DNA of 64,000 bases, taken from Verrucomicrobiota bacterium. GTDB lineage: Bacteria > Verrucomicrobiota > Verrucomicrobiia > Limisphaerales > Palsa-1400. A model generated the notes under the pieces. It had not been told where the DNA came from, ran no database searches, and saw only the letters and a list, made by a program, of their open reading frames with translations. The position numbers and the translations under genes are program-made. This document shows positions 39,759 through 49,427 of this stretch, one piece after another (the stretch's first letter is position 1; the number at the start of each line of letters is the position of its first letter). Where the stretch lies: positions 64,001 through 128,000 of the forward strand of contig JBEKYR010000003.1 of NCBI GenBank assembly GCA_049510745.1, written 5' to 3'.

Positions 39759-40438
39759 ACGCCGCCCGGATTTTAATCATCGAAGACGAGCCGGCCCTGC
39801 GGCGCGGCTTGAAGGACAATTTCGAGACCGAAGGTTACCGGGTCCGCACGGCCCAGGACGGGGAGGCGGGACTGGAGGCCCTGTTGCGGGAGCCGCCCGA
39901 CCTGCTGCTGCTGGACCTGATGCTCCCCAAGGTCAACGGCTACGAGATTTGCCGCACCGCCCGCTCCCGCCGCCTGGAGTTTCCCATCATCATGCTCACC
40001 GCCAAGGGACAGGAGGACGACATTGTCCGCGGCCTGGAACTGGGGGCCGACGATTATGTGACCAAGCCTTTCAGCATCCGCGAGCTGCTGGCGCGGGTCA
40101 AAGCGCTGCTCCGCCGCGGCGGCGCCGCTTCCTCCGAATACCTCTTCGGCGGCTGCCGCCTCGACTTGACAGCGCACAAACTCTTCCGCAACGGGGCCGA
40201 GGTGCCGCTGACGGCCAAGGAATTCCGCCTGCTCGAATTCTTTGCCAAACGCGCCGGCCGCGCCCTGACGCGGGACAGCATTCTGGACGCGGTCTGGGGC
40301 CAGGACATTCTGGTCAATGACCGCAGCGTGGACCGGTGCGTCACGACCTTGCGGGCGAAAATCGAGGCCGATCCGCACAACCCCGCCTTGATCCAGACGA
40401 TCCGCGATATCGGCTACCGCTTTGAGGCCCCCCCATGA
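39755..40438 (+). CDS. OmpR-family response regulator
   Basis: ILIIEDE, LDLMLP, GADDYVTKPF, LRAKIE...IQTIRDIGYRF. Confidence 0.93.
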   Translation: MNAARILIIEDEPALRRGLKDNFETEGYRVRTAQDGEAGLEALLREPPDLLLLDLMLPKVNGYEICRTARSRRLEFPIIMLTAKGQEDDIVRGLELGADDYVTKPFSIRELLARVKALLRRGGAASSEYLFGGCRLDLTAHKLFRNGAEVPLTAKEFRLLEFFAKRAGRALTRDSILDAVWGQDILVNDRSVDRCVTTLRAKIEADPHNPALIQTIRDIGYRFEAPP

Positions 40439-41172
40439 TCGAAACCCGGCAATTGACCAAACTCTTTCACGACAAGAAACGCGGCGAGATTGCGGCCGTC
40501 GATCACGTCGATTTCCGTTGCGAGCCGGGCAGAGTCTTCGGCCTGCTGGGCGTCAACGGGGCCGGCAAGACAACCTGTCTCCGTTTGCTGGCCACGCTGC
40601 TCCGTCCCACTTCCGGCAGCGCCACGATCAACGGATTTGATGTTGTGCGCGAGCCGCAAAAGGCGCGGGCGAGCATCGGGTTTCTTTCCACCGCCACCGC
40701 GCTCTACGGGCGGCTGACGGCCTATGAAGTGGTCCAGTACTTCGGGCGGCTTCACGGCCTGGACGAGGCCGCGCTAGGCCCGCGCATCGACGCGCTTTTC
40801 CAGACGCTGGAGATGAACGAGTTCCGCGACCGCCGTTGCGACAAGCTCTCCACCGGCATGAAACAGAAAACCTCGATCGCCCGCACGCTGGTGCATGACC
40901 CGCCGGTGATGATCTTTGACGAACCGACCCTCGGTTTGGACGTGTTGACAGCGCGGACGGTCATCGGCTTCATTCGCGAGTGCGGCCACCGGGGCAAGAC
41001 CGTCATCTTTTCCACCCACGTGATGAGCGAGGCGGAAAAACTCTGCGACACCATCGCCATCATCCACGGCGGGCGGATTCTGGCCGAAGGAACGCTGGCG
41101 CAATTGCGGGAACGAGCCGGCCTGCAAAGCCTGGAAGACATTTTCATCAAAGTCGTGGAGGAAAAACCGTGA
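40435..41172 (+). CDS. ABC transporter ATP-binding protein, NatA-like
   Basis: GVNGAGKT, LSTGMKQK, HDPPVMIFDEPT. Confidence 0.88.
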   Translation: MIETRQLTKLFHDKKRGEIAAVDHVDFRCEPGRVFGLLGVNGAGKTTCLRLLATLLRPTSGSATINGFDVVREPQKARASIGFLSTATALYGRLTAYEVVQYFGRLHGLDEAALGPRIDALFQTLEMNEFRDRRCDKLSTGMKQKTSIARTLVHDPPVMIFDEPTLGLDVLTARTVIGFIRECGHRGKTVIFSTHVMSEAEKLCDTIAIIHGGRILAEGTLAQLRERAGLQSLEDIFIKVVEEKP

Positions 41173-42374
41173 ACCTGAATCCCATCGCCATCGTTTATTT
41201 CAAGGAATGGCGCGAGTTGTTGCGCGACCGGCGGACGATCATCTCCATGGTCGTCGTGCCCGTGCTCATCATGCCGGTCTTGATGGTCACGGTCGGGACC
41301 ACGGCCACGAAACTGGTCGGGAAGGCGCGGCAGGAAACTCCCAAGGTGATGCTGCTGGGCGGCGCGGATTCGCCGGAGACGACCGGGGCGTTGCGCGCGC
41401 TCAAAACGTTCCAGTTTGTCCCGGCCGCCCCGGATTTCACGAACCTCATTTCGGACAAGAAAATCGGCGCCGCCGTCGAGATTTCCGGGGGTTTTGACGC
41501 CGCGCTGGCGGCGGGGCGGAAGGCGGCCGTCCACATTTACACTTATGAAAGCGAACTGAGATCGACCATCGCGGCGGAATCCCTCGAACAATTCTTCCGG
41601 CATCGCCGCGACGACCTCATCAAACGGGGGCTGTCCGAGCGTCATCTCCCGGAAACAGTCTTGACACCGTTCTCCATCGAGCGGACCAATGTGGCGTCGC
41701 CCAGGAAAGTGACCGGCAACGTCGTCGGAATGATTCTGCCCTACATTGTGGTTTTGATGTGCCTGACAGGGGCGATTTATCCGGCGGTTGACCTGACGGC
41801 CGGCGAAAAGGAGCGCGGCACGCTGGAGACGCTTTTGTGCAGCCCGGTCCCGCGGCGCCATCTGGTGCTGGGCAAGGTGCTGGTGGTGCTGACGGTGTCG
41901 CTGGCGACCGGCTTCCTGGCCGTGGCTTCCAACGGCGTGGCGCTGCTCCTGATGAAACGGATGAGCATCGAGGCGGCCAAGGCGGCTGCCGCCATGCCGC
42001 TGGCGCTGGACCCGTTCTGCCTGGCCGCTTTTTGCGTGATGATGGTCCCGGTGGCGGCTTTTCTTTCGGCGCTGCTGATCGCAGCCGGCCTGTTCGCGCG
42101 CGGCACCAAGGAAGCCAACTCTTATGTGCAACCCCTCCTCATCTTGGTGATCATCCCGGCGGTGGTGGGGGCGCTGCCGGGCATCGAGATCAATTCCCGG
42201 CTGGCTCTGATTCCCATTCTGAACGTCAACCTGATCAGCAGGGAAATTCTGGCGGGAACCTGGCACTGGAATTACATCGCCCTCGTTTTTGGTTCGACCT
42301 GTCTTTATGCCGCGCTGGCCGTCGCCGCCGCCGTCGCGCTCTTCCAGCGCGAGGACGTTCTTTTCCGCACTTAA
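41169..42374 (+). CDS. ABC transporter permease, NatB-like
   Basis: KEWRELLRDRRT, DLTAGEKERGTLETLL, IPILNV. Confidence 0.88.
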   Translation: MNLNPIAIVYFKEWRELLRDRRTIISMVVVPVLIMPVLMVTVGTTATKLVGKARQETPKVMLLGGADSPETTGALRALKTFQFVPAAPDFTNLISDKKIGAAVEISGGFDAALAAGRKAAVHIYTYESELRSTIAAESLEQFFRHRRDDLIKRGLSERHLPETVLTPFSIERTNVASPRKVTGNVVGMILPYIVVLMCLTGAIYPAVDLTAGEKERGTLETLLCSPVPRRHLVLGKVLVVLTVSLATGFLAVASNGVALLLMKRMSIEAAKAAAAMPLALDPFCLAAFCVMMVPVAAFLSALLIAAGLFARGTKEANSYVQPLLILVIIPAVVGALPGIEINSRLALIPILNVNLISREILAGTWHWNYIALVFGSTCLYAALAVAAAVALFQREDVLFRT

Positions 42375-43912
42375 CCAACCCGCATCCAGACGGTCTTCAG
42401 GTAAGCCGGTTCGGCGCGCTCGATGGGGAAATCCGGCGGCTGCGGCGCGTAGGGGCGGGCCAGCACGCGGCGGCCGGCCCGCGTGATCGCGCCGGTCACG
42501 GCTTCGAGAAAATCCTCCGGCGCGAACCCGGCCGCGTTGGTCGAGGCCAGGAGGAGGCCGCCGGGTTTGAGCGCCGGCAACGCGGCGGCGGCCAGCGCCC
42601 CGTAATCCTTTTCCGCTTGAAAGACGCCGCTTTCCCTCGAACGGGAAAAAGTGGGCGGGTCCAGGACAATCACATCGAACGCGCGCTTCTTCTTGACAAA
42701 ACGGCGGAGCCAGCCGAAGACGTCGCCAAAAATAAAATCGTGGCCGGAAGGATCGAGGCCGTTGAGGAGGAAGTTCCGCCGGCCCCACTCCAGGCAGTTT
42801 TTGGACAGGTCCAGGCTGGTGGCGCGCGCTCCGCCGAGGGCGGCGCAGACCGAAAAGCCGCAGGTGTAGGCGAAGGTGTTGAGCACTTGCGCCCCGGCGG
42901 GGATTTCGATGCCCGGCGCGACGTAACGGGTGAGGAAGCGGCGGCGATTGTCCCGTTGATCCAGGAACAGGCCGGCGGAATAACCCTCGTCCAGGCGCAG
43001 GGCGAAGCGCACGCCGTTTTCGCGCACGGAGATTTCCCCCGGCGCGGGCGCGCCCCACAAGAGGGCCGGCGCGTTCCGGGCCTCGCGTTGGAGGGTCTTG
43101 TGATAGACGGCGCGCGCGGCCACGCGGCGCGCCCAATCTTCGAGTTGACTCCGTTGCGCCGCGGTGGGCGGCGCGGCGGATTGGGCCAGCAAATAATCCC
43201 CCAACTGGTCCAGGTACAGGCCGGGCCACCCGTCCGCCGCGCCATGAACCAGCCGGAAAGCGTTGGTCGCGGCGGGATCGATGACCGCCCGGCGCAGGGC
43301 CAGGCGCGGTTCCTGCGCAAAATCCGGCGGCGCCGACAAGGAAACCGTCCGGCCGGTGGCGGGATGCTCGAATTGAAGATGCGCGGCATGCAAACAGAGG
43401 CGCGGGTACGGAGCGCCGCCGTAAAGAGTGTCCCCGAGAATGGGAAAACCCCCGGCGGCGGCCTGCACCCGGATTTGATGGGTCTTGCCGGTCAGCGGGC
43501 GGGCCTCGACCATCGCGCCGGCCGGTCGAAACCATGTTTCCGCCACCGCCGCGCCGGCGTGCAGGGGGCGGCTGACGTATTTTGGCCCGGCGCGAACCAG
43601 GGCGGAGCGCGCCTTCAGCTCGCGGAAGGCCACCGGGCGATCAGTCAAGAATAGATATTCTTTGAGCACCCGGCCTTCTTCGAACTGCCGGGCCAGGGCG
43701 CGATTGGCGGCGGCGGTCTTGCCGAACACGATCAAGCCCGAGGTCTCCTTGTCCAGGCGGTGGAGGAGGGAGAGGCCCTGCCAGCGCGGTTCGCGCTGCC
43801 GGAGCCATTCGTAGAGGCCCTCGCCGGCGAAGGGCGCGGGCAAGTGGGTGTTCCACCCGGCCGGTTTGTTCGCCGCCAGCAGGTGTTCATCTTCAAAAAC
43901 AATCAAATCCAT
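42371..43912 (-). CDS. Fusion of RluA-family pseudouridine synthase and RlmI/RlmK-like SAM methyltransferase
   Basis: NKPAG, HRLDKETSG, TGKTHQIRV; then GLFLDQRDNR, VLNTFAYTCGFS, LDPPTFS. Confidence 0.88.
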   Translation of the reverse strand: MDLIVFEDEHLLAANKPAGWNTHLPAPFAGEGLYEWLRQREPRWQGLSLLHRLDKETSGLIVFGKTAAANRALARQFEEGRVLKEYLFLTDRPVAFRELKARSALVRAGPKYVSRPLHAGAAVAETWFRPAGAMVEARPLTGKTHQIRVQAAAGGFPILGDTLYGGAPYPRLCLHAAHLQFEHPATGRTVSLSAPPDFAQEPRLALRRAVIDPAATNAFRLVHGAADGWPGLYLDQLGDYLLAQSAAPPTAAQRSQLEDWARRVAARAVYHKTLQREARNAPALLWGAPAPGEISVRENGVRFALRLDEGYSAGLFLDQRDNRRRFLTRYVAPGIEIPAGAQVLNTFAYTCGFSVCAALGGARATSLDLSKNCLEWGRRNFLLNGLDPSGHDFIFGDVFGWLRRFVKKKRAFDVIVLDPPTFSRSRESGVFQAEKDYGALAAAALPALKPGGLLLASTNAAGFAPEDFLEAVTGAITRAGRRVLARPYAPQPPDFPIERAEPAYLKTVWMRVG

Positions 43913-44024
43913 CCGCGGCGCGTTCTTGGCGCCAGAATGGGCAAGGGAACGCGGGCCGTCAAATGGTGAATTCTTCATTTTTCCTCTGGCCTCGCGCTGG
44001 CGCCCGTCGCATCATGGAGTCCTT

Positions 44025-45440
44025 ATGACAACCGGTAACGGAAGCCACTCCCGCTTGAGCCGCCGTCGCTTTCTCAAGGTCGCCGGCGCCGCGGGCGCCG
44101 CCTTTGCCCTGCCCACTTTCATTCCTGCCACCGCCTTGGGGCGAGGCGGGCGGCCTGCCCCTTCCGAACGGATCACCGTCGGGATCGTCGGCTGGGGCAT
44201 GATCGCGCCGGATAATACGCAGGGGCTGATGGCCCTGAAGGATTGCCAGGTGGTGGCCTCGTGCAACATCGACAAATCACACCTGAAACAATCCCTCGAT
44301 GTCATCAACGGCTTCTACCAGAACAAGGACTGCAAATCGTATCACGATTACCGGAAGATGCTGGCGCGGGACGACCTGGACGCGGTGATGATTGCGGTGC
44401 CGGACCATTGGCACGAATTGATCGCAGTCGCGGCCGCCCGGCGCAAGAAGGACATTTATGGCGAGAAGCCGCTGGCCAAGACCATCGCCGAACAGCAGCG
44501 GATAGTGCAAGCGGTGCGGGAAAACGGGTGCATCTGGCAAACCGGCTCGTGGCAGCGCTCCAAAGGCAGTTTTCACAAGGCGGCCGAAATTGTCCGCAAC
44601 GGCCTGATCGGCAAAATCAGCCGGGTCGAAGTCGGGTTGCCCTCCGGCCACACCGACTTTGCCCACATTGAACCGGAGTTTGTCAAGAAACTCGCCGCGC
44701 TCAACGCGGGCATCACCAGCCCCGCCCAGGTGTTGCCGGGAACTGCTGCGTGGAACCTGGCCGTCACGAAGGCCCCGCGCGAGTTGGATTACAACACCTG
44801 GATCGGCCCCTCGAGAATGGAACCCTACATCAAGGTGCGCGGCCACTTGGACTGGCGCTGGAATTACAATACCGGCGGCGGCCAATTGATGGACTGGGTC
44901 GGCCATCATGTCGATATCGCCCATTGGGGATTGGGATTTGACAGCAGCGGTCCCTACGAATTGGAAGGCCACGGCGACTTCCCGCCCCAGGAGGCCATCT
45001 GGAACACCTGCACCAAATATCGCATCGAACTGAAGTATCCCAACGACATCCGCATGACCATCGCCGGCGGACACGACGACATCAAGAACGGCACAAAATG
45101 GATCGGTTCGGACGGCTGGGTGTGGGTGAACCGCGAAAGTTTCGACGCCTCGAATGAGGATTGGAGGGACATCAAGGAACTTTCCGACCGGGACGCCAAG
45201 ATCAAGCTCATCAAATCGACCGATCATTACCGCAACTTCATCGACTCGGTCAAATCGCGGCAGCCCACCATCACGCCCGTCGAAACCGCCCATCACTCCA
45301 CCCTCCCCGGCCATCTCGGCCTGATCTCGATGTGGGTGGGGCGCAAACTGCGCTGGGACGCGGCCAGGGAAGAAATTCTTGACGATCCGACGGCGACCGA
45401 CTTGATGACCCGCATGTACCGTCCGCCCTACGAGATGTGA
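44025..45440 (+). CDS. Gfo/Idh/MocA oxidoreductase with Tat signal
   Basis: SRRRFLK; PDHWH, YGEKP, QTGSWQRS, DWVGHHVD. Confidence 0.9.
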   Translation: MTTGNGSHSRLSRRRFLKVAGAAGAAFALPTFIPATALGRGGRPAPSERITVGIVGWGMIAPDNTQGLMALKDCQVVASCNIDKSHLKQSLDVINGFYQNKDCKSYHDYRKMLARDDLDAVMIAVPDHWHELIAVAAARRKKDIYGEKPLAKTIAEQQRIVQAVRENGCIWQTGSWQRSKGSFHKAAEIVRNGLIGKISRVEVGLPSGHTDFAHIEPEFVKKLAALNAGITSPAQVLPGTAAWNLAVTKAPRELDYNTWIGPSRMEPYIKVRGHLDWRWNYNTGGGQLMDWVGHHVDIAHWGLGFDSSGPYELEGHGDFPPQEAIWNTCTKYRIELKYPNDIRMTIAGGHDDIKNGTKWIGSDGWVWVNRESFDASNEDWRDIKELSDRDAKIKLIKSTDHYRNFIDSVKSRQPTITPVETAHHSTLPGHLGLISMWVGRKLRWDAAREEILDDPTATDLMTRMYRPPYEM

Positions 45441-45449
45441 CGCCGCGCG

Positions 45450-46844
45450 TCACATCTGCTCTTTGAGCAGACTGAAAACGTCCGTCGAGTCGATCTGCGG
45501 CGGAATCGTTCCCGCCGGGCGTTCGCAGAGCAACACGGGCTGCTCCCCCGCCGGAACCGCGCGCCTTCCGTGCGACCCTTTCACCAGGCCGGCGTCCAGC
45601 GGAATGACATCCATCAACATGCGGAAGCCGAGTTGCTTGCGCAGCAAACGCCAGAGGATTTTCAGTTTGACCATGGGGATTTTCGGGTCCAAAAACAACT
45701 CGGCCGGGTCGTAGCCGGGTTTGCGATGGATGTCCACGCAACGCGCGAAATCCGGCGCCAGCGCATCATCCAACCAGTAATAATAGGTAAACCACGCCCC
45801 CCCGGCCGCCACCGCGATCAAGTCGCCCGCGCGCGGATGGTCCAGGCCCAGCGCCCGCTTTTCCGCCGCGCCGAGGACCGCCCCGACCCCCGGTTGCGCG
45901 CCCAGCGCGTCCCGCGCCCGCGCTTCCAGCGAAGGGTCATTGAGGTAAACATGGGCGACCTGATGATCGGCGACGGCGAAGACCTTGCTGGCGCCGCAAT
46001 CGAGCAGTTCCAATCCCAGTTCCTCCCGCACCGCCACCCAGCCGTTTTCCCGAAACACCCGGTTCAGATGCACGGGCCGCTCGACGCCCGAAATTCCATA
46101 TTCGGAAAGCATGATGACGCGCACTCCCCGCTTTTGAACATAGGAAATCAAATCGCCCGCGATGTTGTCGATGCGCCGCAGGTCCGCCGCGATCAACGGC
46201 GAAGCCGGCCCGTGCCGTTGCAGATTGTAGTCCAGATGCGGCAGGTAAACCAGGCTCAACGTCGGCGCGTATTTTTGCTCGACCCATTTGGCCGATTCCG
46301 CGATCCAGCGCGAGGCCGCGTCCGCGCTCCCGTGCGGCCCGGCCACGCCCGCCGCCGGTCCCCAAAAGGCCTGGAACGGGAATTCCCCCAAGTCCCGCTT
46401 GATGGCCGGGCGGAGGCCGGGCGGCCACGCATAGATGTCGAACACCTTGCGCCCGTCGGCCGGATACATGGGACGGGGCGTGATGGAGTAATCCGCCGTC
46501 GAATACATGTTGAACCACCAGAACAATTGCGCGCAGGTGAAGGCCGGGTCGCGCCGGCGCAATTCCTCCCAAATCTTCGTCCCCCCCACCAGGTGATTGG
46601 ACTGCTTCCAGAACTGCACCTCGGCCAGTTCGCGATGGTACCAGCCGTTGCCCACAATGCCGTGGCGGGCGGGAGGGGCGCCAGTCAAGTAGTTGGCTTG
46701 CGCGGTGCAGGTGACGGCGGGAAACGCCGGCACGATGCGCGCCTGCGCGCCCCGGTTGCGGAAGGCCGCGAGGTTCGGCATCTCCGGGCCGAGGAGCGAT
46801 TCCGCCAGGCCGGCCACGTTGATGACCGCCGTTCGATTCAACAC
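45450..46844 (-). CDS. Alkaline phosphatase superfamily nucleotide pyrophosphatase (EboF-like)
   Basis: PAVTCTAQ, HGIVGNGW, YLPHLDY, SEYG, DIHRKPGYDP.EL, KGSHG. Confidence 0.85.
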   Translation of the reverse strand: MLNRTAVINVAGLAESLLGPEMPNLAAFRNRGAQARIVPAFPAVTCTAQANYLTGAPPARHGIVGNGWYHRELAEVQFWKQSNHLVGGTKIWEELRRRDPAFTCAQLFWWFNMYSTADYSITPRPMYPADGRKVFDIYAWPPGLRPAIKRDLGEFPFQAFWGPAAGVAGPHGSADAASRWIAESAKWVEQKYAPTLSLVYLPHLDYNLQRHGPASPLIAADLRRIDNIAGDLISYVQKRGVRVIMLSEYGISGVERPVHLNRVFRENGWVAVREELGLELLDCGASKVFAVADHQVAHVYLNDPSLEARARDALGAQPGVGAVLGAAEKRALGLDHPRAGDLIAVAAGGAWFTYYYWLDDALAPDFARCVDIHRKPGYDPAELFLDPKIPMVKLKILWRLLRKQLGFRMLMDVIPLDAGLVKGSHGRRAVPAGEQPVLLCERPAGTIPPQIDSTDVFSLLKEQM

Positions 46845-46889
46845 GGCCCGTCTATCCTCCTTTGCTGCTATAAAACATAAATCTCGCGC

Positions 46890-47174
46890 TCAGTTGCAGC
46901 GGGACCAATAATAGATTCCGGCGATGATGCCCAGGGAGGCCACGCTCATCCAAAGGGCCGAGCCGATGAAATAGGAACCCGCCACCAGGGCAATGCCGCC
47001 AAAAAGCGGCGGGGCCGATCGCTGTTTTTTTCCGTAAATGAAAAATCCGGCGCCGATCGCTCCCCAGATCAACGACGCCACCAGCGTGCCCGAATCGACA
47101 TGGAGCGGGAGCGAGGGAATCGGGCTGGGTTCGTCCATCAAGCCGGCGCCGAAAAATCCGTCGAGCTTCGTCAT
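46890..47174 (-). CDS. Small membrane protein
   Basis: ASLIWGAIGAGFFIYGKKQ...LVAGSYF; start position uncertain. Confidence 0.7.
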   Translation of the reverse strand: MTKLDGFFGAGLMDEPSPIPSLPLHVDSGTLVASLIWGAIGAGFFIYGKKQRSAPPLFGGIALVAGSYFIGSALWMSVASLGIIAGIYYWSRCN

Positions 47175-48694
47175 TCGTCATTTTCCCCGGTTGATCCACT
47201 CCGGCCTTCCCGCGGCGCCGGCGAGTGTCCAAAACTCGAGCTCCGCCCGCGCCCGTGTCCGCGGATGGAGGCGATGGTCTTGGCGCGGCTGCGCGGCACC
47301 AGCACCAGCGGGCAGCCTTCAAAGCCGAAGGCCCGCCGCATCTCGTTGGCCAGATATTTCTTGTACGCGTCGGAAAACAAATCCGCGCGGTTGACGAAGA
47401 GCAGAAACATCGGCGGCGCCTGCTTGATTTGCGTCGCGTAAAAAAACTTCAGCCGGTGCCCCGCCGAACTCAACGGCTGCCGTTGCGCGATGGCGTCGTG
47501 CAGGGTGCGGTTGAGGATCGCCGTCGGAACCTTCTGGCGCAATTGCGAGGCGACATAGCGGATCGATTCCAGCAACTGCTCGAGGTGGAATCCCGATTTC
47601 GCCGAGGTGAAAATGACCGGGGCGTAATCGAGAAAAAAGAGATGCTCCCGCACCCAGCCGCCAAACTCCCCCAGCGAGGTGAGCGGCCTGGATTGCCCTT
47701 CCCGCCGTTTCTTCTCCTGATCGCGCAATTCCTTGCGGGCCGTCTCCACTTCGGGAGCGACCAGGTCCCACTTGTTGACAACCAGCACGCACGCCTTGCG
47801 CTCCTCGATGATCTTGTCGGCCACTTTCTTGTCCTGCGACAGGATGCCCGCCTCCGCGTCCAGCACGAAAATGACAATGTCGCACCGGGCAATCGAGTCC
47901 TCCGTGCGCTTGACGCTGAAAAACTCGACGGAATCATCCACGCGCCGTTTCTGCCGCACGCCGGCCGTGTCAATCAAAATATATTTCTGCCGCGCGCCGC
48001 CGGTCTCGACTTCAAAAGGGACATCGACCGAGTCGCGGGTCGTGCCGGGAACGGGGGTGACGATGACCCGTTGGGAATGGGTCAAGGCGTTGATGAGGGA
48101 CGATTTGCCCACGTTGGGCCGGCCCACGACCGCCAATTTGAGCGCCGGCCCGGCCGCGGCGTCCGGGGCCGGCCCGCCCTCCGCCTCGGCGGGCAGCGCG
48201 GCCATGGCGGCGTCCATCAGCGCGTCAATGCCCCGCTGATGAATGGCGCTGACCGGAAAAATCCCGAGAAAGCCCAACGCGGAAAACTCGTCCGCGCCGG
48301 CGTTGTCCCGATCATTGTCCGCCTTATTGACCGCAACCAGCGCCTCCTTGCCCGCGCGCCGCAGCCTTTGGGCGACCTCCCTGTCCAGCGGCACAACCCC
48401 CTCGCGGACATCGACAACGAGGATAATGACCTGGGCCGCTTCGATGGCCAATTGGACCTGCGCGAACGCCGCCTCGGCGATGGCATCGCGCGCCTTCTCC
48501 CCGCGCACCAGCCCGATGCCGCCCGTATCGACGAGGGTGAAGGGCCGTCCGCGCCACTCCACCTCGGCGGTGACGCGATCGCGCGTCACGCCCGGCTCGT
48601 CGTGGACGATGGCGATGCGTTTGCCGGCGATGCGATTAAACAGCGCGGATTTCCCCACATTGGGCCGACCGACAATGGCAATAAGACCAGGCAC
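47171..48694 (-). CDS. der: Ribosome biogenesis GTPase Der (EngA)
   Basis: Two GRPNVGKS P-loops, DTGG/DTAG, NKAD/NKWD, C-terminal KH-like domain. Confidence 0.96.
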   Translation of the reverse strand: MPGLIAIVGRPNVGKSALFNRIAGKRIAIVHDEPGVTRDRVTAEVEWRGRPFTLVDTGGIGLVRGEKARDAIAEAAFAQVQLAIEAAQVIILVVDVREGVVPLDREVAQRLRRAGKEALVAVNKADNDRDNAGADEFSALGFLGIFPVSAIHQRGIDALMDAAMAALPAEAEGGPAPDAAAGPALKLAVVGRPNVGKSSLINALTHSQRVIVTPVPGTTRDSVDVPFEVETGGARQKYILIDTAGVRQKRRVDDSVEFFSVKRTEDSIARCDIVIFVLDAEAGILSQDKKVADKIIEERKACVLVVNKWDLVAPEVETARKELRDQEKKRREGQSRPLTSLGEFGGWVREHLFFLDYAPVIFTSAKSGFHLEQLLESIRYVASQLRQKVPTAILNRTLHDAIAQRQPLSSAGHRLKFFYATQIKQAPPMFLLFVNRADLFSDAYKKYLANEMRRAFGFEGCPLVLVPRSRAKTIASIRGHGRGRSSSFGHSPAPREGRSGSTGENDE

Positions 48695-48826
48695 GTTGGG
48701 CCAGAGTAGGCGCAATCAGCGCCACAAGCCATACCGGAATTGCAGGCCCGCGCAACCCGGGTGCATTTCAATATTTGGACCCCGGTCAGCGCGGCTGGAG
48801 GGCAAGCGGCAATCGTGCGGTGCTTG

Positions 48827-49302
48827 TGAGGTTTTTCGTCTCCGGTCGCCGTCGCCGGTTCCGGGTATTTTTAGGATTTTCATTTTTTGGCCCGATTTAG
48901 CCGGATTTACCCGGATTTGGCCGGATTTTTCCGGATTTGTCCGGGTTTGGGGCTTCGTTTTCCGGGTTGAATCCGGCATTTTTTGCCGCTTCTTGGGGTA
49001 GTTCCCGGTGCCAGCGCAGCATCGGGTCTGCGCTTGGGCCGCGCCAGATTTGAGTTTTTGCGTCAAGTCTGTCACCTGCAAATGACGGCAAATGTCCGTC
49101 CAAGGTTTGACTGGCTTGATTGGTGAGCCAATGGGACCAATGCGACGAATGGCTGATGCGATGGGAGAGGTCTGCGAGCCACGGGCCGGTGTTGACCGGG
49201 CCGCACTGAGCACTTTGCCTTTTGCATGTCTCATTCATGCTGGCTCGATTTAAGCACAGGTCTATCAAGACGAAAAACCTACGGAAGGAAAAAAAAGCGA
49301 AT
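48827..49302. repeat. Dispersed ~0.5-kb element, copy 2
   Basis: Homologous to 888-1396; 33 bp shorter (15-bp and 18-bp indels). Confidence 0.9.
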
Positions 49303-49306
49303 TTAA

Positions 49307-49427
49307 GAATGAGTGAATCAGTGAATTGGAGGAGAATAAGCGAGTCAGTGAATCAGTGAATGAGGGTGCTGTTAACAGCCCATCCGGCCCCTTTCTCACT
49401 CACTGATTCACTGATTCACTGATTCTC
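49307..49427. repeat. 8-bp (agtgaatc) tandem arrays in inverted arrangement
   Basis: gaatgagtgaatcagtgaat (identical to 706-725) and the reverse array cactgattcactgattcactgatt that supplies the GT2 stop codon. Confidence 0.8.

Noticed and set aside
40752..43535. 927-aa minus-strand ORF
   Set aside because: Off-frame or antisense to well-supported natAB-like and RluA-fusion genes; low-complexity Arg/Gly/Pro translation
45450..46844. ebo gene cluster
   Set aside because: Only the EboF-like gene is present; neighbours are unrelated
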